Shown in pieces: positions 59,859 to 64,000 of a DNA stretch of 64,000 nucleotides. Position 1 is the stretch's first letter, and each line of letters starts with the position of its first letter. The DNA is from Aquificaceae bacterium (GTDB lineage Bacteria; Aquificota; Aquificia; Aquificales; Aquificaceae). The notes under the pieces were generated by a model. That model searched no databases. It worked only from the letters and a program-made list of their open reading frames with translations, and had not been told where the DNA came from. The stretch lies in assembly GCA_037924335.1 (NCBI GenBank), contig JAXSMZ010000002.1, forward strand, positions 70,338-134,337, written 5' to 3'. The position numbers and the translations under genes are program-made.

Positions 59859-60072
59859 ACAACTTTTTGCAAGAAGTCTCCGAGATGAATTGCAAAAAAC
59901 TTGACAAAGAAAGGAAAATAAAATACAATATAAAAAGTCCTGATAACCAAAGGAATGGGCTCACTCACCTAACGGGTGGTAGGGCAGGGACTGTCCGAAC
60001 TCAAGCCTGTGGAGAGGTGAAAAACCTCTATAAAGCAGGAAGCTCCCACTTCTATAAGTGGGAATAGTTCAC
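59859..60072 (+). mobile_element. Non-autonomous IS200/IS605-type mini-element B (homolog of A, left hairpin deleted)
   Basis: Follows TTAAC; colinear with 43275-43502; TTGACA(59901)-17-TACAAT(59924); right hairpin TCCCACTT-CTAT-AAGTGGGA, then TTCAC. Confidence 0.85.
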
Positions 60073-60145
60073 CTTTTCAATTATCATATATCCAATAGTA
60101 CCGAAGGCTAAGACTACAAAAAGTAAATCCTTAGATGACTATTCA

Positions 60146-60928
60146 TCACATGTTTTTAAAACCCAGAAGCTCTCTTAGCTTTTCAGCTGGATCCTCACTC
60201 CTCATTAGACTGGTACCTATCAGGAAGGCATCCACTCCCAAGCTTTGGATCTCTTCTATCTCCTGCCTTTTGCTTATGCCACTTTCAGCTATCAAAAAAG
60301 GAGCTCCCATTCTCTTTATATGAGGTGCCAACCTTTTGGAAAGACTTATGTCCACTTTTAGGGTCTCCAAGTCTCTGTTGTTTATGCCTATGACCCTTGC
60401 TCCGTGCTTTAGGGAAAGCTCCGCCTCTTGAAGGCTAAAGACTTCAACTAATGGCATGAGGGAAAGCTCATAGGAGTAAGCTATGAGGTCTTTTAGCCTT
60501 ACCTCATCTAGCATACGGACTATCAAAAGTACTCCATCTGCTCCAAATGCTTTTGCCTCTTCTACCTGAACTTCATCAATGATAAAGTCTTTTCTAAGTA
60601 TAGGTATGCTGACCTTCCGTCTTACCTCTTTTATGTCTTCCAGAGATCCTTTGAAAAAGCCTCTGTCTGTCAAAACAGATACAGCCACTGCACCAGCCCT
60701 TTGATATATCTGTGCTTGATCACTTGCAGACACATCCTTTATATCACCAGCAGATGGAGACGCTCTCTTTACCTCTGCTATGACCTTAGTCCCTTCCTTT
60801 TTTAACGCATCTTCAAAGGATGGAAAAACCTCCCTCTCTTCTATAAGCTCCCAGAGCTTTTTTCTGTAATCTCTTTCCCTATTTATCTCTTCCCTCTTTA
60901 CTTGTGCTATCCTCTCAAGAAAGCTCAT
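60146..60928 (-). CDS. trpC: Indole-3-glycerol phosphate synthase
   Basis: IAEVKRASPS, SVLTD, LRKDFI, GINNRDL, AESGI. Confidence 0.97.
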   Translation of the reverse strand: MSFLERIAQVKREEINRERDYRKKLWELIEEREVFPSFEDALKKEGTKVIAEVKRASPSAGDIKDVSASDQAQIYQRAGAVAVSVLTDRGFFKGSLEDIKEVRRKVSIPILRKDFIIDEVQVEEAKAFGADGVLLIVRMLDEVRLKDLIAYSYELSLMPLVEVFSLQEAELSLKHGARVIGINNRDLETLKVDISLSKRLAPHIKRMGAPFLIAESGISKRQEIEEIQSLGVDAFLIGTSLMRSEDPAEKLRELLGFKNM

Positions 60929-61515
60929 TCAGGATAAACCTTTCTGTAAGACCTACCTTCCTTCCTGTATATGGCCTCTACTCCAAAACCTTCGGACTGG
61001 AGTTCTTTGTAAACCTTTCTGGCTTCATCATAGCCCCTTATGGCCAATACTACGCCACACCTTGGGTCTATCTCGTCTGGGATCGGTATTAGCTTTGCTC
61101 TCCCTTTGAGGAACTTTTCAGCCCTTGTTCCTTCCGATATGGCAACAAAGGTTATAAAATAGTCTGGCTTTTTTATGAAAGGGTTTATACGTATTAGGAA
61201 CTCCCTTATGTGAAGCTTTACACCCAAGGAATGAAACTTTATCCAGTATATGAGAGACGGCTCTTGGGAGGAAGATGTCTTCTTTATGACAGCTATAGTC
61301 TTTTCTCCTTCCTTACTTAAGCTTAAAAGCTCATTGCCCGTCTGCTGGCACCAGCTCATTATGTCCCTTTCAAAGCCTGGGTCTGTAGACACAACCTGCA
61401 AAGCTTGCCCCTCTTCTAACCTCTTTACATGCTCCGATGTCATAACAATGGGGAGGGGGCACACAAGTCCAGAAAGGTCAAGCACTTTAACTTCCTCTTT
61501 TTCTATAACTTGCAT
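60925..61515 (-). CDS. TusA-family sulfur carrier fused to a DUF3343-like domain
   Basis: LDLSGLVCPLP, TDPG..DI..WC; C-terminal LIPIPDEIDPRCGVVL. Confidence 0.85.
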   Translation of the reverse strand: MQVIEKEEVKVLDLSGLVCPLPIVMTSEHVKRLEEGQALQVVSTDPGFERDIMSWCQQTGNELLSLSKEGEKTIAVIKKTSSSQEPSLIYWIKFHSLGVKLHIREFLIRINPFIKKPDYFITFVAISEGTRAEKFLKGRAKLIPIPDEIDPRCGVVLAIRGYDEARKVYKELQSEGFGVEAIYRKEGRSYRKVYPE

Positions 61516-61524
61516 GATAGCACC

Positions 61525-62382
61525 TCACACAGCAAGCCTTTCCGTATCTTTTTTAACATTGTCATCAAAACCTACTATATATAAATTTAACAGCTTTGCA
61601 GACTTTTCAAGACTCCTCATCTTATCCTTATCATGGACTTCAAAGGGATTCTCCATATAGAAGACCACATAGGCGCATCCTTTTTCAAAAAAAAGGGGGA
61701 CATAAAGCGCCGAGTTGGCAGTATCCACGATGGACTCCCTGTGAGAGATCTCTTTTTTGGGAACTATGGCTATCTTTTTGAGTGAAAATCTCTCCTTTAT
61801 ATGCTTGAGATACTCCTCCGGTGATGTGTCTTTAAATGCACTCTCCAGTATGAAAGATAAATCCTCCTTCTCCTTTTTCTCTCTTTCAAGGGTTGGTATG
61901 TACCTTGTAAGCTCCCTGTAAGATGACCTTAGTTTTTTTATGTAGTACCTCTCCTTACGTAGGCTTTCCGTCAAATCTGGGGACAATGGAGCTAAGAATA
62001 GGGCTAAAAGGAGGGGGATATAAAAAGCGTTTGATATGCCACCCATATAAAGAAGGAGGACAGCACTACCCCAGAAGAGAAGGAGAGAAACGGCTATATC
62101 CCTGTTTATGTAAAAGACAGCTGGCACGTAAAGGGAAAATACAGTCCTTACATCCCCTGAGGTCAAGCAAAGTGCTGGAAGCATAATAACGTCAACGAAC
62201 TTCTTGAGCTTTCCCCCCCTTGAAGGGTGAAGGTAGAAGAGTATGGAAAGGCTTATGTAAAGGGTGCTTAGAACAAGGAGGGTGGATTTTGGACCTATGG
62301 GCTTACCAAAAGCTATGAGAACAAAGAAGAGTGCTATAAGAAGCCTTACAGTAAGTAATACAATGTTTACATCTCTAAACAC
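61525..62382 (-). CDS. Hypothetical membrane protein (N-terminal TMs, coiled coil, soluble C-domain)
   Basis: 285-aa ORF in an apparent operon; TTG start. Confidence 0.75.
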   Translation of the reverse strand: MFRDVNIVLLTVRLLIALFFVLIAFGKPIGPKSTLLVLSTLYISLSILFYLHPSRGGKLKKFVDVIMLPALCLTSGDVRTVFSLYVPAVFYINRDIAVSLLLFWGSAVLLLYMGGISNAFYIPLLLALFLAPLSPDLTESLRKERYYIKKLRSSYRELTRYIPTLEREKKEKEDLSFILESAFKDTSPEEYLKHIKERFSLKKIAIVPKKEISHRESIVDTANSALYVPLFFEKGCAYVVFYMENPFEVHDKDKMRSLEKSAKLLNLYIVGFDDNVKKDTERLAV

Positions 62383-62391
62383 AGTAATATT

Positions 62392-62655
62392 TTATTCAAC
62401 CTCCACCTTTTTGACTCTATCCTTCTTCTTTTCTTCCTTCCCCTCGACCTTCTTTTCAATTTCAGATACCTTATAGTCCATTAGAGTTTTGAAGACCTTA
62501 AGTATTGAAAGTTCAGCCATGTAGAGATTCTTTATTACCTCTCTCCTTACCTCTTTTGGTGGCAAAAAAAACTCAAAAAGCTTAAGGAAGCTCTTTTCAA
62601 GCTCTTTTACTTGCTCCTCCAAGCTCTCCGGTTTCAACTCCTCCTTCTCTGCCAT
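62392..62655 (-). CDS. Hypothetical charged coiled-coil protein
   Basis: 87-aa ORF in an apparent operon. Confidence 0.7.
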   Translation of the reverse strand: MAEKEELKPESLEEQVKELEKSFLKLFEFFLPPKEVRREVIKNLYMAELSILKVFKTLMDYKVSEIEKKVEGKEEKKKDRVKKVEVE

Positions 62656-62665
62656 ACTATAAAAT

Positions 62666-63394
62666 TTATTCCTTCATAAGCAGCATAAACTCCCTTATTG
62701 CCCTCTCAAGACCAAATATGACAGAGTTGGACACAATTGAGTGCCCAACGTTTAGCTCCTCCACTATTCCAGAAAGTTCTTTTACAAAAGGCTTTACGTT
62801 GTAATAGGTGAGTCCATGTCCAGCGTAAACTTTCAGTCCCAAGTCCTTAGCTTCAAGCCCAGCTTTTTTTATCCTCTCTATCTCTTCTTTGGCTTCGTCA
62901 AAACGATGGTTTGCCCAAAGGTTCGCATACCTTCCAGTATGAATCTCCACAGCATAAGCTCCAACTTCCTTAGAAGCCAATATCTGACCTCTTTCTGGCT
63001 CGACAAACAAAGATACTTCTATGCCTGCCTTGATAAAGTCCTTTACATACTCTGTAAGGTACTCTTTCATGGCTGATATGTTCAGGCCACCCTCTGTGGT
63101 TATCTCCTCCCTTCTCTCTGGAACTAGAGTCACTCTGTCTGGTTTAACTCTTAATGCTATAGACTTCATCTCCTCTACTGGTGCCATCTCTAAGTTTATA
63201 GGTATGATGCAAAGGTTCTTTATAAGCTCTAAGTCCTTGTCCTGTATGTGCCTCCTGTCTTCCCTCAGGTGAAGAGTGATCTGATCTGCTCCAGATTGTT
63301 GAACAATAAGGGCTGCAAAGACAGGATTTGGTTCAAAAGTCTTTCTAACCTGCCTCAACGTAGCAACATGGTCTATGTTCACACCCAACCTCAT
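62666..63394 (-). CDS. pdxJ: Pyridoxine 5'-phosphate synthase
   Basis: LGVNIDHVATLR, HLREDRRHI, TTEGG, AGHGL. Confidence 0.97.
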   Translation of the reverse strand: MRLGVNIDHVATLRQVRKTFEPNPVFAALIVQQSGADQITLHLREDRRHIQDKDLELIKNLCIIPINLEMAPVEEMKSIALRVKPDRVTLVPERREEITTEGGLNISAMKEYLTEYVKDFIKAGIEVSLFVEPERGQILASKEVGAYAVEIHTGRYANLWANHRFDEAKEEIERIKKAGLEAKDLGLKVYAGHGLTYYNVKPFVKELSGIVEELNVGHSIVSNSVIFGLERAIREFMLLMKE

Positions 63395-63433
63395 ATAATG
63401 CAATTATAAACAAATAGAATTAAACTATTATTT

Positions 63434-63739
63434 ATGGACTTTCCAGAGATTGCACTCATACTGATCGTGGCTCTTATATTCCTTGGACCGGAGAAAATGA
63501 TGGAGCTTGCCACAAAGCTGGGAGAACTCCTAAGAAAGTTAAGAGAAACGTGGGACGAGCTAAGGTACCAAATGTACATGGAAGAGATAAACAGAAAGGT
63601 TATGAAAGAACAAGAAGATATGTCCATAGATGATGTAAAGGAGGAGCAACAAAAAGAGGTAGAAGATGATGGAAAAGCAAGAACTTCCCAAGATGCCCCT
63701 GACGGAACATCTGAAGGAACTCAGAAGCAGACTGATTAA
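63434..63739 (+). CDS. tatB: Tat translocase TatA/B subunit
   Basis: EIALILIVALIFLGPEKM; upstream of tatC. Confidence 0.88.
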   Translation: MDFPEIALILIVALIFLGPEKMMELATKLGELLRKLRETWDELRYQMYMEEINRKVMKEQEDMSIDDVKEEQQKEVEDDGKARTSQDAPDGTSEGTQKQTD

Positions 63740-64000
63740 ATCCATACTTGCTCTGCTTGTAGCTACAGGAGCTGTTTTTTACTTTGCAAGCTATCTGTTT
63801 GAAGTGCTTAAAGAACCAGTCAAGAAGTCCTATCCTAATGTAGAGCTCATAACTCTTTCTCCCACAGAACCTCTCTTTATACTTATCAAGATCTCATTAG
63901 TATTTGGATTTATAGTAGCTTCACCAGCTATACTCTACCAAGTATGGCGATTTGTAGAACCAGCCATGTATCCCAACGAAAAGAAGCTTATTCTACCTTT
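63666..64000 (+). CDS. tatC: Tat translocase TatC (runs off window end)
   Basis: MPLTEHLKELRSRLI, SPTEP, YQVWRFVEP; not in the ORF track because it is incomplete. Confidence 0.93.
   Translation, partial: MMEKQELPKMPLTEHLKELRSRLIKSILALLVATGAVFYFASYLFEVLKEPVKKSYPNVELITLSPTEPLFILIKISLVFGFIVASPAILYQVWRFVEPAMYPNEKKLILP

Noticed and set aside
1..64000. CRISPR array, tRNA/rRNA genes, prophage, tnpA/tnpB or recognisable defence operon
   Set aside because: No regularly spaced repeats, RNA-gene signatures or matching protein motifs seen by eye; the NYN and DUF151 nucleases sit in housekeeping contexts

Overview
Gene-dense chromosomal window (~72 CDS) from a thermophilic bacterium. Protein sequences, the scattered operon structure (lone atpA, trpA, trpC, gcvPA) and the SQR/bc1 content point to Aquificaceae (Hydrogenobacter/Thermocrinis-like; inference). 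Most of it is housekeeping: DNA repair, respiration, amino-acid and cofactor synthesis, Cu/As resistance. No rRNA, tRNA or CRISPR array was seen. The best signal is intergenic: three ~215-230 bp protein-less IS200/IS605-type mini-elements (43275-43502, 59575-59792, 59859-60072). Each has a left-end hairpin, a TnpB-omegaRNA-like structured 3' region and a right-end hairpin ending in TCAC. Two carry their own conserved sigma70 promoter, and two sit in tandem, like stand-alone guide-RNA cassettes. Also found: an IS256/IS982-like remnant cluster, a truncated ADP-ribosylglycohydrolase, many apparently leaderless genes and several odd proteins. All calls come from motif recognition by eye; no database searches were run.
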